Part shown: in pieces, positions 1-17,850 of the stretch
How the letters are laid out: the number at the start of each line of letters is the position of its first letter
How positions within the stretch are numbered: the stretch's first letter is position 1
Origin: Eledone cirrhosa
Lineage: Eukaryota
NCBI GenBank assembly: GCA_964016885.1
Contig: OZ024741.1
Span: 328,662,001 to 328,726,000, forward strand
Direction of reading: 5' to 3'
Length of the DNA stretch: 64,000 nt
Notes under the pieces: generated by a model
Databases searched by the model: none
The model's input: the letters and a program-made list of their open reading frames with translations, nothing else
Told to the model about the DNA's origin: nothing
Made by a program: the position numbers and the translations under genes

Positions 1-361
1 AGGGCTGCGAGCCACCTCCCCACAATGTCATGGTGTATCTAACTTTTCTTTTAGGTCTTACTACGGCTGATTTCTTCCAGAGAGAAAGAAAGAGATGGAA
101 AAAGGCAGAGAAAATTCATCCCCGGAGGAATAATAAAAAATGTTTACACGGCATATTTATTTTTTGAAATCTAAAGCTACCGATCCAAAATCAGTAATTC
201 CCGAAAACTTTCAAATATATGCTGTTCTAGCATGAATATTATGCTATGGGGCAGCTGTCCACAAAGTAAGATATACTTGCATATCCCTGCTCATATAAAC
301 ACATAAATACATGCATACATACATTACAGTTGATATTTTTTTTATTAAAGCGTTTTCATAT

Positions 362-451
<90 letters not shown>

Positions 452-753
452 CGAAACATAAGTCAATTGCATGAACTCATAATCCTTTATTTACTGCTTT
501 ATTTGTATGAGATTGTAAATAAGACAAAAGTATTAGAACAGGGGGAAATAACTCACCGAACGCAATAGTAAATAGACCGTTTTGGGGCCTCAGGGATCAC
601 ATTTTTCAAGTTAGAGATTTGAAATCTCGTCTATTTGCTTCCTTGGCACATTTTACATAGGTGTGTAAATGTTCATATCCGTCCGACCACGTCTACTACA
701 ATTTAACCGTGCACAATTGAATTTCAACCACCACACATTTCACAAATATATAT

Positions 754-786
<33 letters not shown>

Positions 787-1042
787 ATCCCGTGTTTAAT
801 CGGGAGTAAGCACATTAAGTAAGGTACTCAATAGACAATAAAGTAAATAATGATTAATATAGAAATGGCTTCTACAGGACTAGAACTGTTTCATGAAATT
901 ATCAGTACTGTATATATATATATATGTGTGTGTGCATGTGTGTGTGGAAATGTCCGTAGGGGTGAGAAAGAAACAAGGAAAACAGTGCTCAATCGGGAAG
1001 AGAACTAATATAATCTATTATTTATCTACGTTCATACAATAT

Positions 1043-1136
<94 letters not shown>

Positions 1137-1943
1137 ATATATACATATACATATATATACATATACATATACATACATGTACATATATATACATTATACA
1201 CATATACTCATTATTAATACATATTAACTCTTTATTCGCATATATCATCAATTCAACCAATATACAAACTTTAACTTCACATTATTTTTCTCAAATCCTT
1301 CTACACACAAACCTTAATAATTTTTCTCTTCGTTAATTTTGAAATTGCCACAATACATACATTTCTTTTTTTGACGTTAGAATATTCATCCACAATTATT
1401 ATTTTTTTCTCTCTATCTTCATACATAATTTCCCTTCGTTAATTTTCAAATTCCTTTAATTTATACATTATCTTCCAACGGTTCCCAACCTCTCTATGTT
1501 AAAACAATATATCTTTTTCTCAGTTATAAAAACTATCTCTTTCTCTCTATCACCCACCTCTCCCTCTCCACCTTCACTCTCATCTCCTACCCCTTTTTTC
1601 ATCCTTTCCACCACCCCCCTCCCTAAATAAAATATTTTTTCCTCGCACATATCCTCCCTTCGTTAATTTTCAAACTTTTTAATTTATACAGTATCTTCCA
1701 ACGGTTTTCAACCTCTCTATGTAAAAAATATATCTCCTCTCAGTTATAAAAACTATCTCTTTCTCTCTATCACCCATCTCTCCCTCTCATCTCCTTCCCT
1801 TTTCATCCTTTCCAACCCCCCCACTCTCTAAATAAAATATTTTTTTCCCAATATCACACATCAATCTAAAACCACTTTTCATATGTTGATTTAAAACTAC
1901 ACTATCCACAAGTGTTTTTTAGCCTTCATATCATGTTCTCCTG

Positions 1944-2010
1944 TTTTATCTGATGAAAACACAAATATTATTGCATGATGATGTTTGTTTTTGAAATGCG
2001 CATAATAAAA
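1944..2010 (+). ncRNA. Type I hammerhead ribozyme (canonical core, palindromic stem III)
   Basis: ttttat-CTGATGA-[~15 bp stem II aaacacaaatattat/gatgatgtttgttttt]-GAAA-tgcgca-TA-ataaaa; stem I ttttat/ataaaa; AUA triplet; just upstream of a (TA)n tract. Confidence 0.8.
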
Positions 2011-2042
2011 TACATTGAACTCCTTTAACCATCTTTTGATCT

Positions 2043-2127
<85 letters not shown>

Positions 2128-2199
2128 TGTGGTGTGTGTGTATTTTCCAAGTTCTTAATTTCAACAAAACCCTTCTTAACAGTAGAAATGAACGAACTA

Positions 2200-3605
2200 T
2201 TTTTTGCCGGCACAAATCACCATCGAAATCCGAGAACTTAAGACCAGCTTACTTCCATTTTCTATTCCTTATCCCTCTTATACCATTAGAATCTATTACG
2301 ATATCACATTATCAGCACCATCGTCACCTTTATAATTAGCAAAGAACAACATCAGGACCTTTTGTATTTACATTATTATTTTATACACCTCTATCTTTCA
2401 CCATTTGTCTTTGCATTTCTCTACTTAAACCTATTTCATCTCGATCATTTTATCTTATCATGTAATACATCTTTAACTAGTTAATTGACTTATCAAAATA
2501 TCCAATACACACATAAATATATCCAATATTATAATATTTTCAACTTTACACCTATCCATATTTAATAATCATCAATAACTATTCGCAATAACATTAACAA
2601 CATTAATACTACTCTTATTCGTCTTTTCAACGCATTTATTTATTCTCATCTCTACGTTTCAGATATTATACCATTTTATATAACAATAGATGTAAATTGT
2701 TTATTTACTCATCTATCTGTTTATTTATTTATCTATCTTTTTATTTATGTATTTATATATTTATTTATTTATTTATTTATTTGTTTCTATGCTTAAATCT
2801 CTATTTTTACTTGCTTTCATTCTTGTATTCACGTATATTCGTCTGTCTGTTTATCTTCCTTCTTCTCTCATTCATCAACAATTACTCATCCGGTTAATTC
2901 TCCTGTCTTCCACATGATGTCTCCACCTGCTTTTCTTTTTCCTTCTTCATATTTCTCTATCTCTTCTCTTTTTCCTTATTCATCCTTCTTTTTCTTCTCT
3001 ACCTTTACTACATCTACCCCCCCCCCCCCTTTCTTTCTATCTGTATTATTATTATTAATATTATCTTTATTTTGATTTGATAGTTTGATTTCGTAATTTT
3101 GCCGGTTATGCATTTAACTGTATTTTCGTTTTCTCTTTCGTCTTTCTTTTTCCCCCTTCTTTCCATCTGTCCTCCTTCCTTTATTTTTCTCTATATCTTT
3201 ATTCTTAATATCATTATTGATGTGATAATTTCAATTCATAAATTTACCGTTACGCATATATTTTGTATTTTTTCTCAGTTCTCTGACGAAATGATAAAGG
3301 TTGCATGTATTTTAAATTGAGTGTCATTGCGTTCAGTGTTTAGCAATTTTTAGACAACTCTATGATAGAAACAATTGTTAGACTGTAAATAAATGTCCTT
3401 GTTTGTACTGTTAACCGTGTTATTCTTCACTTTTTCAATTTTATTACTCCAAGATATACTTACATAGGATACAAGTGAAGTCATAAACTCGTCATCCACG
3501 TAAACCTCTTGTTGAGTCACACAGCACCGTACGCTTAAACTATCCATGATAAGTAGTTTTCGCAGCCTCTTATCGGATTACCTTTAACGATATATTGTTA
3601 TCCTC
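2200..3605 (+). repeat. Non-coding interspersed repeat (PLE pLTR-like); second copy at ~19230-20730 with an inverted arm
   Basis: 2355-3430 aligns by eye to 19645-20730; 19230-19620 is the reverse complement of the 3' part; decayed HHR-like core (ctgacga ~3283; ccgatga ~20579). Confidence 0.6.
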
Positions 3606-3836
3606 TATATATATATATATGTATATTTGTGTGTGCGTATGCATATGTATGCATATGTATGCGTCGGTGCATACCTATGCACTGGCCTAAATCTTAACTA
3701 TTAATACTTACTTTTACGATTTTAATAACCTCTGTTATGTCATAAACAACTTTATTTACATTCCTCTTAAACTCTGGAGCTGAGAATCATTCGGTTATTC
3801 TAAATAGAAATGTGTCCAATGACTCCATTTATACCA

Positions 3837-4173
3837 CTAGCTGACGTACCCAGCTTCGCCCGGGTAAACAGATGATAAGAGAAGACAGGTAAAAGAGAAA
3901 ATGTCTGTATTGGATGTTTGTCTGGTTACAGTATGAGGCGAGTCGGTGGTGTCTGTGTGATACCAAAAACAGGAAAAAAAATCTTCCAGATATACCAGAT
4001 TCTTCGTGGTACCGTTTGTGCATAGTATATGAACAATTCTAGGTGCTCCCACCTAGAAAAGTGACCTCTAGGAGATGGTTCATTTTCTGCCTGACTGTAA
4101 AACGTGTATCCTTGCATAGACGTGGTTGTTCCAAAGGATGATGGAAGTTCCAATCTTTTATATTATATGTAGA
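3837..4173 (-). mobile_element. Non-autonomous Helitron with PIF1 helicase remnants
   Basis: Minus strand: 5' A|TCTACATATAAT..., 3' hairpin cccgggcgaagctggg + CTAG|T; peptide remnants LEQPRLCKDTR and SRVGAPRIVHILCTNGTTKNLVYLE resemble the Helitron PIF1 C-terminus. Confidence 0.75.
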
Positions 4174-4541
4174 TATAGATATAGATAATTAATATAGTTG
4201 CTCCCATTAATTAATATAATTGAGTTGGGAGGAGTCGTTTGAAACCTATGAACCAATAATTATCGAGAATTATGACACAGGGAATAATGACATTGTTGAA
4301 ATTAATATATAGATAAACGTGTTTTTGTCTTTGCAAGAAATTGTTCTGATTGCTCCACGTATCGACGTCATTTTCCCTTTATTGCCAGGGAACGTCTTCA
4401 CGAACCAAAGTATCGTCTACGGTTGTAAAGGTTTTCGAAATACTTCCTTCTGCGTCCACAGATTGATTTCTTTTTTTTCATGGTTTCATAAAATCCTGTT
4501 AAGAGTGAAAGTAGCGATTCTTTGCTTAAACATCAGATTAA

Positions 4542-4591
4542 AGTTTAAGCAAAGAATCGCTGCTTTCACCCTTAACGGGATCTTCTGAAAT
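4542..4591 (-). ncRNA. HHR-like motif, CAGAAGA-core family
   Basis: rc: ttt-CAGAAGA-t-ccc-gttaa-ggg-t-GAAA-gca..tgc-TT-aaac; a decayed opposite-strand copy lies at 4483-4531. Confidence 0.55.
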
Positions 4592-5200
4592 TAAAAAAAT
4601 CAATCTGTGAACGCAGAAGTAAATATTTCGAAACACGTTACAACTGAAGGAAAACAAGAAGACGATACTTTGGTTCGTGAAGACATTCCCTGGTAATGAA
4701 CGGAAAAAAGCGAAGATAATACGACATTATGTGGTACGGTGAGAACAATTACACGCACAGACAAAACCACGTTTATGGTATAAATAGAGTCATTAGACTA
4801 ATATTCTATTTAGGAAACCGAATGATTCTCGGCTTCGGAGTTAAGAATAAAGTAAATAAGTTAGTTGAACGAAAATGACAGAGGTTATTATAGGCATAAA
4901 TGAAATAATAATTAAATATATACATACACACATCTTTTTGCATACGTGAAAATACACGCTATACATACATATACATGCACGTACACATAAACACGCGCAC
5001 ATCTACGTAAACCCGGCGCGACACATATACCCAAACCCCATGTACACATATACACGATATGCATACGTGCAAACACACATACACACTCATACATACCCAT
5101 ATATACACATATACATACATATATGTGTATATAAAAAAATAGCAACATACATATATATATATATACACACATATACACTCACCCGCATATACAAACATAC

Positions 5201-5289
<89 letters not shown>

Positions 5290-5839
5290 GGGGGGGGGTA
5301 GAGAGGGGGTGGGGATAGAGAGGGGTGGGGAGAGAGGGGTGGAGAGAAAGAGAGAGACATAGAGAGAGAGAGAGAAAGAGAGAGAGGAAGAGGGAGAGAG
5401 AAAGAGAAATTAAAGAGAAAATAGCAGGAGGGCAAGCGTTGTATGTGTGTCTATATGTGGTCAGGTCGCTGGTCGAAGTCGTCGCACTATACGATATTAT
5501 CCCGGAACCAGATGGATGCGAACTAAACATTTGCTTACATATATTATTTTCAATGTTTTCTATAAATTATATATTTCATAGAGGCCATCATTCATGTCTC
5601 CTATTTTAATAACTTACAAGTTATTGACTTAGCTGCAATTTGATGAATTTTTCAGTATCGCATTTTGCATTTTGAATGAAAAATAGCTATTGAAGAAAAG
5701 AAACAATAATGTGAATCATATGTAAATCTATCATCGAAATACACACACAAACACACATACCCACATACACACACACACACACATACGCACACACACGCGC
5801 ACACATACACACATATATATATATATATGTGTGTGTATG

Positions 5840-5870
<31 letters not shown>

Positions 5871-6343
5871 TTATATATACATACACACACATATATATAT
5901 GTATATATATATGTATGTGTGTGTGTGTGTGTGTGTATACATAAATATACAGATACATATATAATGTATCAGTTAATGTTCACAAATCTGTTACACACAG
6001 GTAAAATACTGCATAAAAGTTAGGTTTTGAATAAATAATGTTTCATTTATATCTTTTATTTATTTATTCAGTTATTCTTTTATTTATTGTTTTCATTGTT
6101 TTTATATTCATGAGAGAAGAATGTTTTATTTGTCGTCATATACATACACATATATAAATACTGATATATGCATACACATATATAACTACTAATATATGCA
6201 TACACATATGTGCATATCAGCATATACTTACACATTTACTTACACACATATGCGTACTGGTTAAATTTTAAACCTCTTCTCTTTTATTACATTTACGTAA
6301 CTGGAGATGCACACACACACACGCGCGCATATATATAGAAATA

Positions 6344-6407
<64 letters not shown>

Positions 6408-6418
6408 TAACAGATTAA

Positions 6419-6469
6419 AGTTTAAGCAATGAATCGCTGTTTTCACCCTTAACGGGATCTTCTGAAACT
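6419..6469 (-). ncRNA. HHR-like motif, CAGAAGA-core family (partial inverted copy at 6836-6893)
   Basis: Same motif as 23774-23824 with stem III substitutions; embedded in (TA)n. Confidence 0.5.
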
Positions 6470-6512
6470 AACAAAGTCAATCTGTGAACGCAGAAGTGAA
6501 TATTATTATTAC

Positions 6513-6551
<39 letters not shown>

Positions 6552-6596
6552 AGTAAATACATACAGATATACATATATATATATACATACATATAG

Positions 6597-6705
<109 letters not shown>

Positions 6706-6734
6706 TACATACATACATACATATGTATATGACT

Positions 6735-6782
<48 letters not shown>

Positions 6783-6887
6783 AGATACATACATATGTAT
6801 ATGACTAAATATATATATGTATGTATATATGTATAGATCCCGTTAAGGGTGAAAGCAGCGATTCTTTGCTTAAACTTTAATCTGTTA

Positions 6888-6939
<52 letters not shown>

Positions 6940-7911
6940 TATATCATATATATAATATATATAAATATATATACATGTATATATATAGTCATATACATAT
7001 ATATGTATCTTTATGACTGTATATACATATATATGTATATATATACATACATACATACATACATACATACATACATAAATTTTGCATCTAATAACTGCAT
7101 ATACACATGTACAGATGCAAAGCATATACACATGCACACATACAACTCAAAACATGCACATCCACACGTACAATACACCTGCATACATACATATCTACCT
7201 AGTTGATGTTGCGTAAATTCGAATAAGAGAGTCTTCTGTCTATGTTAGAAACCGACTCTCTCTGTATTGGTAAAACTTTGTGAAATTATAAAACCAGAAG
7301 AACATACATACATACATACATACATACATGCATACATACATACATACATACATACATACATACATACATACATACATACAGGTCGTTATTTGGCCAGGTA
7401 CCGATAAAACTAAATACTAGAGAATTCGCCATTTGCCAATCTGTTGCTCCCAGATAATGAATTCATTGAAATTAGGTTTTAAGTAAATAGTAAAACAATT
7501 ATTCTGAAATTATGTTTTCCAGCAGCGTTGGAGCAATTTGTCCTTTACTCTAGCCATATACAACTTTAACCGTGATGTTTATGACGATGACTTTCTCGTT
7601 GTCAGTTGGTCGGTCGGTAGTGAACACACAGGTGAGACTGGGAACCGAATCTGCTGTAGCATGTGTGGTACTCGTATGGCACACAAGTGCATATGTTAAG
7701 GGCCTGCAGTTGTGGGGTGATGATCTGTCTCTTCGTGGTTCGAATTACTTGGAATGAAACCTCTACCCCGGTCAGATTGATATAACTCCAATAGGGACTC
7801 CCACGGCCTAAACCCTCCCATTGGGCTTGGCGAATATTTCACGCTTTGAGCAATTATCTTAATATGTACGCTCACACACACACCCACTCACACACACACA
7901 CACACAAACAA

Positions 7912-7975
<64 letters not shown>

Positions 7976-7978
<3 letters not shown>

Positions 7979-8345
7979 AGGAGGTTATAGTTCACTTGAA
8001 GCATTGTGTAATGAGGTATAAACGTTTGTACATGTATAATAAAGCCAAAACAATGCAGGTATGGACATAGAATAAAGAATGCAAATGCAAAAGATATTGT
8101 TGACAATTAGTCTTTTATCTTAGATTTATTAAATGTCCTTAATTATTATGGTGACTTGGCAAGCTATTTAGAACAGTGGTTTAACCGCTTTACTTCCCTC
8201 CGAAGAAGAGATATTATCTCGAAAATTAAGGACATTTAAATAAATCTAAGGTAAAAGACTAATTGTCAACAATATCTTTTACATTTGGATTCTTTATTCT
8301 ATGTCCATACCTGCATTGTTTTGGCTTTATTATACATATACAAAC

Positions 8346-8392
<47 letters not shown>

Positions 8393-8435
8393 ATTTGCAT
8401 TGCTTTATTGTGCTACAATAAAACTCACCTCCTAC
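7976..8435 (+). mobile_element. Non-autonomous PLE-derived fold-back element; sibling at 14088-14368
   Basis: ~8020-8145 is the inverted repeat of ~8225-8350; flanked by (TA)n; carries an HHR-like motif at 8197-8231; terminus resembles that of the PLE at 50983-55806. Confidence 0.65.
8197..8231 (+). ncRNA. Minimal HHR variant (CCGAAGA core); second copy at 14215-14249
   Basis: cct-CCGAAGA-a-gagata-t-tatctc-GAAA-at-TA-agg; palindromic aatt stem III; stem I only 3 bp. Confidence 0.5.
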
Positions 8436-8466
<31 letters not shown>

Positions 8467-8474
8467 TATATATA

Positions 8475-9858
8475 GGAACAAATATGACCCCGACGGCAGA
8501 GATCAAGCCGTTTCGACGGCTATTCCTGGACTAAGAATTTTTAGCCTGGTAAATAAATAGCCGAACTTCTCAGGGGGTATTTCCTTATATGGGAAGATCG
8601 TAATTGTCAAGTGGATTGGTCAGAAATTGTAAAGACAGATAAATCTATCATGACATTTGGTGTGAGGTAGGGGTGGCTGAACTTGCCGGTAGAACAAAGT
8701 GTGAGTGGGGGAAATCCAGTCAGGCGTTGAAAGTGAAATCTATACAGCAGATTCTAAGGATAGTATATAAAAGGTCGAAAAAAGTGTACTGGAGAAGAGG
8801 AGGGGGTTGAAAGAATAGGTAAATCGAAAGGGAGTAAAAAAAAACCATTATAAAAATAAGGAAATAAATATATAAAAACAATTTCTGGTTACTACTCCAT
8901 TTCTACAATCACCAAATTTCTCATTGGTATTGCTAAGCTATAGAAAATTTAATAGGTGGAGAATGGAAAAAATACTAAAAACGAGATTGTAGTGAAAGAA
9001 GTTTATAAAGCCGGGTTTACAGGCGGTCTAACACCGCTGCTATAGATAGTTAGTAATCAGCCAATGCTATCTTACAATGACAGGTTAATAAGTTGAGAAC
9101 AAAAATACTAAAATACTACGACAAAATACTAATACAAAATACTAATAGACAAATACTAATACAAAAATACTAATACAAAAATACCACTAAGAAATTTAGA
9201 AACCATAGAAATGGAGCAGCAACCAGAAAGAAAAAAATGTACTGGGTTCTAACACATCTGCTATAAAAAGCGTAATCCGCCAAATATATCTCAAAATTAG
9301 GGGGGAGGTGTACTGAGGCTACAGAGGTACGATGGGCTGCATCGAAGTAGGCGAAAGGTGAAAAAAAGACGGAGATCTGGGATGGAAGGACTAGGAAGAG
9401 AAGGGGGGAAGAAGGAGACATAGAGGAAAAGATGAAAAAAAGTTACGTCTACCTTTGTAAGCAGGGATTTCCCCTTACAAAATCGGCAAGTGGGGGTATC
9501 AGCCATTGTCTACCCCCGGGGTCATTATTGGGTTTGAGGGCGAGGTAAGTCCTACGCAATCTGTGTTTGCATGCGGTTACCAGTTCGCCTTTCTTGTTTA
9601 GGAGTTGGTGTTTCGAAAACAGCATTTGTAATGCTTCCTCCGAGCAAAAGTTACACGGACGGCTCAGCGGACAAACGAGATATGCGGAGGGAGATGTTTA
9701 TGACCAGGTTATTGGTGATGTTTCTAGGATGGTTCGAGCGGCGGTGGATGTAATGCAGGTTGTCGTTTGATTTCCTGTATGGGTAGTACAGATCATTATC
9801 GAGGTTAAGTGTAACGTCCAGGAAGTTTACACGGGTTAGGGACGTTTGTAGGGTTATT
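8475..9858 (-). mobile_element. Internally deleted Naiad-type Penelope-like element
   Basis: Minus-strand translation ITLQTSLTRVNFLDVTLNLDNDLYYPYRKSNDNLHYIHRRSNHPRN (RT thumb) jumps to PCNFCSEEALQMLFSKHQLLNKK..ELVTACKHRLR, matching 59430-59591; HHR-like motif near the 3' end. Confidence 0.75.
8487..8578 (-). ncRNA. Type I HHR-like motif, probably decayed (CTGAGAA core)
   Basis: rc: acccc-CTGAGAA-g..cggctatt...aatagccg-tc-GAAA-cggc-ttgatctct-gccg-TC-ggggt; GUC triplet; G8 substituted. Confidence 0.6.
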
Positions 9859-9919
9859 TTAATGTGGAAGCAGCAACATTTTAACTTTCGAAAAATTACC
9901 TATTGCTAAAGCCATCCTA

Positions 9920-13612
<3,693 letters not shown>

Positions 13613-13900
13613 ATATATGTGCATGCTACTGTACGTCTGTATACATATATGTATGTACGTATACATGCATACTTACATTTATATATATATGTATATATAT
13701 ATAAATTGAAACAAAATGAAAACGAAATTTCATTTCTCACTCTTACAAACGAACAAAGCGACGTTAGCGCCGCTAAACTGATACGTGCATATATGTATGT
13801 GTACCTGTATGCATATGTATGTATATATGTATATATATATATGTGCATGCTACTGTACGTCTGTATACATATATGTATGTACGTATACATGCATACTTAC

Positions 13901-14089
<189 letters not shown>

Positions 14090-14374
14090 GGAGGAAGTTA
14101 TAGTTCACTTGAAGCATTGTGTAATGAGGTATAATCGTTTGTATATGTATAATAAAGCCAAAACAATGCACACTTGGCAAGCTATTTAGAACACTGGTTT
14201 AAACGCTTTACTTCCCTCCGAAGAAGAGATATTATCTTGAAAATTAAGGACATTTAAATAAATCTAAGGTAAAAGACTAATTGTCAACAATATCTTTTGC
14301 ATTTGCATTCTCTATTCTATGTCCATACCTGCATTGTTTTGGCTTTATTATACATATACAAACGTTTATATATA

Positions 14375-14470
<96 letters not shown>

Positions 14471-14939
14471 GATGGCCTTAGCAATAGGTAATTTTCCGAA
14501 AGTTAAAATGTTGCTGCTTCCACGCACTAATATTGTGTCAATTAACATAAAAATGGGGTGTGCAAAATTTCAGCTCAATCGGATAACTGTTAGGCGACCC
14601 TCAAACGCATTGAAGTTGGAACATAGTATAAGCAACGATTAATTCTGTTCAAAAGCGGTATTCTGTTCCCTAACTCGACCATTTTCTTTTTTCTTCTTAG
14701 AGAAATTTATGTGGACACATCCAGGCAACCCCAGCAAATGATTAAAAATGTTCTGAATCAAATTTACCAATAGTTAATTTGATAAATTCCTGAAATAACA
14801 TGAACAATTTAAGAAATATTAGGTTTTCTTAAGAAAGCAGACAACTTCTATAAGAGAAACGCATTTTTATTTACAACAATAATTTCTATAGAATCAAAAA
14901 CATAACGTGAACACTGAATACTGAATATTGAACAATGTT

Positions 14940-15120
14940 TTTGCGGAATGGCAGTATCGGTAGAGGGTCGGACGCCTTGCTTTGCAGCATAGGGTTACGA
15001 TCTGAGTTCAAATCCCGCCGAGTTAACTTTGCCTTTCATCCTTACAGGGTCGATAAAATAAAGTACCAGTAATACACTGGAATAATTGCTGGCCTTGTTC
15101 CAAAAGTAGAAACAATTATT
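14940..15120 (+). mobile_element. tRNA-derived SINE with Meta-like domain
   Basis: A-box tggcagtatcgg, B-box gagttcaaatccc, core ctttgcctttcatcct..ggtcgataaaataaagtaccag. Confidence 0.75.
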
Positions 15121-15299
15121 TTTGCATAAGAGGGCATTTAGTGGAAGTTGGGTATGTTTTATCGTTTTCGTTAACGATCTGTAAAACAAATTGTTTCTCA
15201 GTTTCATCTTTTGTGAGAATATTATTGTAATCCTGAATGAGTTTGACACCTCTTTCTGCACCTTCCTCCGCTACCCCCCCCCCCTGCCTCCCTGCCTCC

Positions 15300-16150
15300 C
15301 TCACCTTTTTTCTCATTCCTCTCCTTGCTCTCCTTTTCTCATTGTTCTCCTTGCTCTCCCTTTTTCGTTGCTTTCCTTGCTCCCCTTTTCTCATTGCTCT
15401 CCTTGCTCTCCCTTTCTCACTGCTCTCCTTGCTCTCCTTTTCTCATTGCTCTCCTTGCTCTCCTTTTCCCATTGCTCTCCTTGCTCTCCTTTTCTCACTG
15501 CTCTCCTTGCTCTCCTTTTCTCCTTGCTCTCCTTGCTCTCCTTTTCTCATTGCTCTCATTGCTCTCCTTGTTCTTCCTTTCTCATTGCTCTCCTTGCTCT
15601 CATTTTCTCATTGCTCTCCTTGCTCTCCCTTTCTCACTGCTCTCCTTGCTCTCTTTTTCTCGTTGCTCTCCTTGGTCTCCTTTTCTCATTGCTCTCCTTG
15701 TTCTCCTTTTCTCACTGCTCTCCTTGCTCTCCTTTTCTCCTTGCTCTCCTTGCTCTCCTTTTCTCATTGCTGTCATTGCTCTCCTTGTTCTTCTTTTCTC
15801 ATTGCTCTCCTTGCTCTCATTTTCTCATTGCTCTCCTTGCTCTCCCTTTCTCACTGCTCTCCTTGCTCTCTTTTTCTCATTGCTCTCATTGGTCTCCTTT
15901 TCTAATGACTCTCCTTGCTCTCCTTTTCTCACTGCTCTCCTTGCTCTCCTTTTCTCCTTGCTCTCCTTGCTCTCCTTTTCTCATTGCTCTCATTGCTCTC
16001 CTTGTTCTCCTTTTCTCATTGCTCTCCGTGCTCTCATGTTCTCCTTGCTCTCCATGCTCTCCATTTCTCCTTGATCTCCTTGCTCTCCATTTATCATTGC
16101 TTTTCTTGCTCTCCTTTCCTCCTAAATCTCCTTTTCTCCTTACTCTACAT
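15300..16150. repeat. CT-rich minisatellite (ttgctctcc / ttgctctccttgctctccttttctca units)
   Basis: Direct reading; explains the spurious long ORFs at 15191-16219. Confidence 0.9.
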
Positions 16151-16286
16151 TTCTCATTGTATCTATGTACTTGTTTATATACAAATACATTGAGAAAAGG
16201 GGTGCTAGGAAAAATGTGAAAGCAAGGATAGTAATAGATATATAGTAAAAGATATATATATATACACATACATATATATATATATT

Positions 16287-16343
<57 letters not shown>

Positions 16344-16456
16344 ATAATATATATATATATGTATATATATATGTGTGTGTATTTATATATATATATATAT
16401 GTGTATGTGTGTGTGTGTGTGTATTTATATATATGTATATAAATATATATATATAT

Positions 16457-16491
<35 letters not shown>

Positions 16492-16616
16492 GATATATAT
16501 ATATATATATACACACATACATATATATATATACACACATACACATATACATACATATACATATATATATATTACTCAATACTGACTAGTCATTTCTCTC
16601 ACTTGTCAACCACATG

Positions 16617-16671
<55 letters not shown>

Positions 16672-16672
<1 letters not shown>

Positions 16673-17053
16673 AGGGTGGCTCTTAACAATAGGTAATTTT
16701 CTGAAAGTTAAAGTGTTGCTGCTCCCACAAGAGAAAAATAGGTATTTTCCCTATACCTGTGCTCTGTCCCCAGCTTTGCAAGTTGACTTCCCCATTATAC
16801 TTATTGTCCTTCTAATACGAAGAATATGTCTGAACAAGTTTTTAATTTAAGAGAAAATTATATAAGAGATAAAACAATTTTATCTGAAAGAATAACTTTC
16901 CGGGTGAAAACTTCAAAATTTCGCGGTCGATGAGGGTCGCCTTGCAATTCTCTGCTTGAGCAAAAATTGTGCATACATTGGTCTTTTTTTAAGTGGAACA
17001 AGATAAGGTGATGGGAGCTAAACTTAGAAAGTTGAAAAATAAGGCCCACCCTA
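16672..17053. mobile_element. MITE with TAGGGTGG termini inserted in (TA)n; related ends at 9859-9921 and 14468-14620
   Basis: tagggtggc...gcccacccta terminal inverted repeats; shared subterminal caataggtaatttt..gaaagttaaa. Confidence 0.6.
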
Positions 17054-17199
17054 ATATATATACATATAAAACGAAAAACAATTTTTTAAGTAAGCTTAGA
17101 AAATTATATTCTTTTAAATAAAATTCAAAATACAGACGAAAGATACAGAACTCCAGGATCATCGGTTGTTGGTGTGGACTTTGGCAGTTTCGACCTCTA

Positions 17200-17850
17200 C
17201 TGACGGAACTGCTAGTACTGCTAGTATATTTGAAATTTCTAATATAGCTGTTTCTTTTATGTAACATATCTTTTATTTGCAATATGATTTCATACTTCGT
17301 CTCCATATTCTTTTCTTACCTTGCTTGTGTTTGGGTTTTCATATCATTGATGGAATACAGTTGTAAATATTGGGGTTCTACTTCTGAAAGTGGCTGAAGT
17401 GGTTCATGGTTCAGTTCTGTGGTACATTTACTCTTTGATTTTGAAAGTGGGTATAAACCCATTGTTATGAATGACATTTACACCAAATTATGTCATTTGG
17501 AATGCATTATTGTACTTCTGGATATTTTGAAGAAAGTTTCTTGATTCAATAGTTATACCAATCAGCAGTGTCCTCAAGAGTCTGGTGATTCAAATAATAG
17601 TTTAAACTTAATCTTTTGATTTAAACAGCACAATCCAGTTGACTCACCATTCCATTTTTTAGCAGACCAATTTGGGCAAATTTTGTTCACTGAGCAAATT
17701 TGAATTACAATTTCTGAGGAATACTATTGATATGGATTGTAACTAAAATCATCAAAGTTCTACTCGGCAACCTTTTAAATCGTAAAGCTTCTGATTCATT
17801 TTGCCTATATTTCGTTGATGATTTTCTTTGTTTTGGGAGTCTTTTTTGTC
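17200..17850 (-). pseudogene. Decayed Helitron Rep/helicase N-terminal region
   Basis: rc translation KICPNWSAKKWNGESTGLCC and ESRNFLQNIQKYNNAFQMT*FG...FIPTFKI..MYHR match typical Helitron N-terminal motifs; possible 5' TC end near 19217. Confidence 0.7.

Noticed and set aside
447-475. gtgac-GAAA-cataag-TC half motif (similar halves at ~46437 and ~59948)
   Set aside because: 5' core absent, so a ribozyme cannot be called; possibly truncated relics
15191-16219. 342-aa Leu/Ser-rich membrane protein
   Set aside because: Translation of a CT-rich minisatellite
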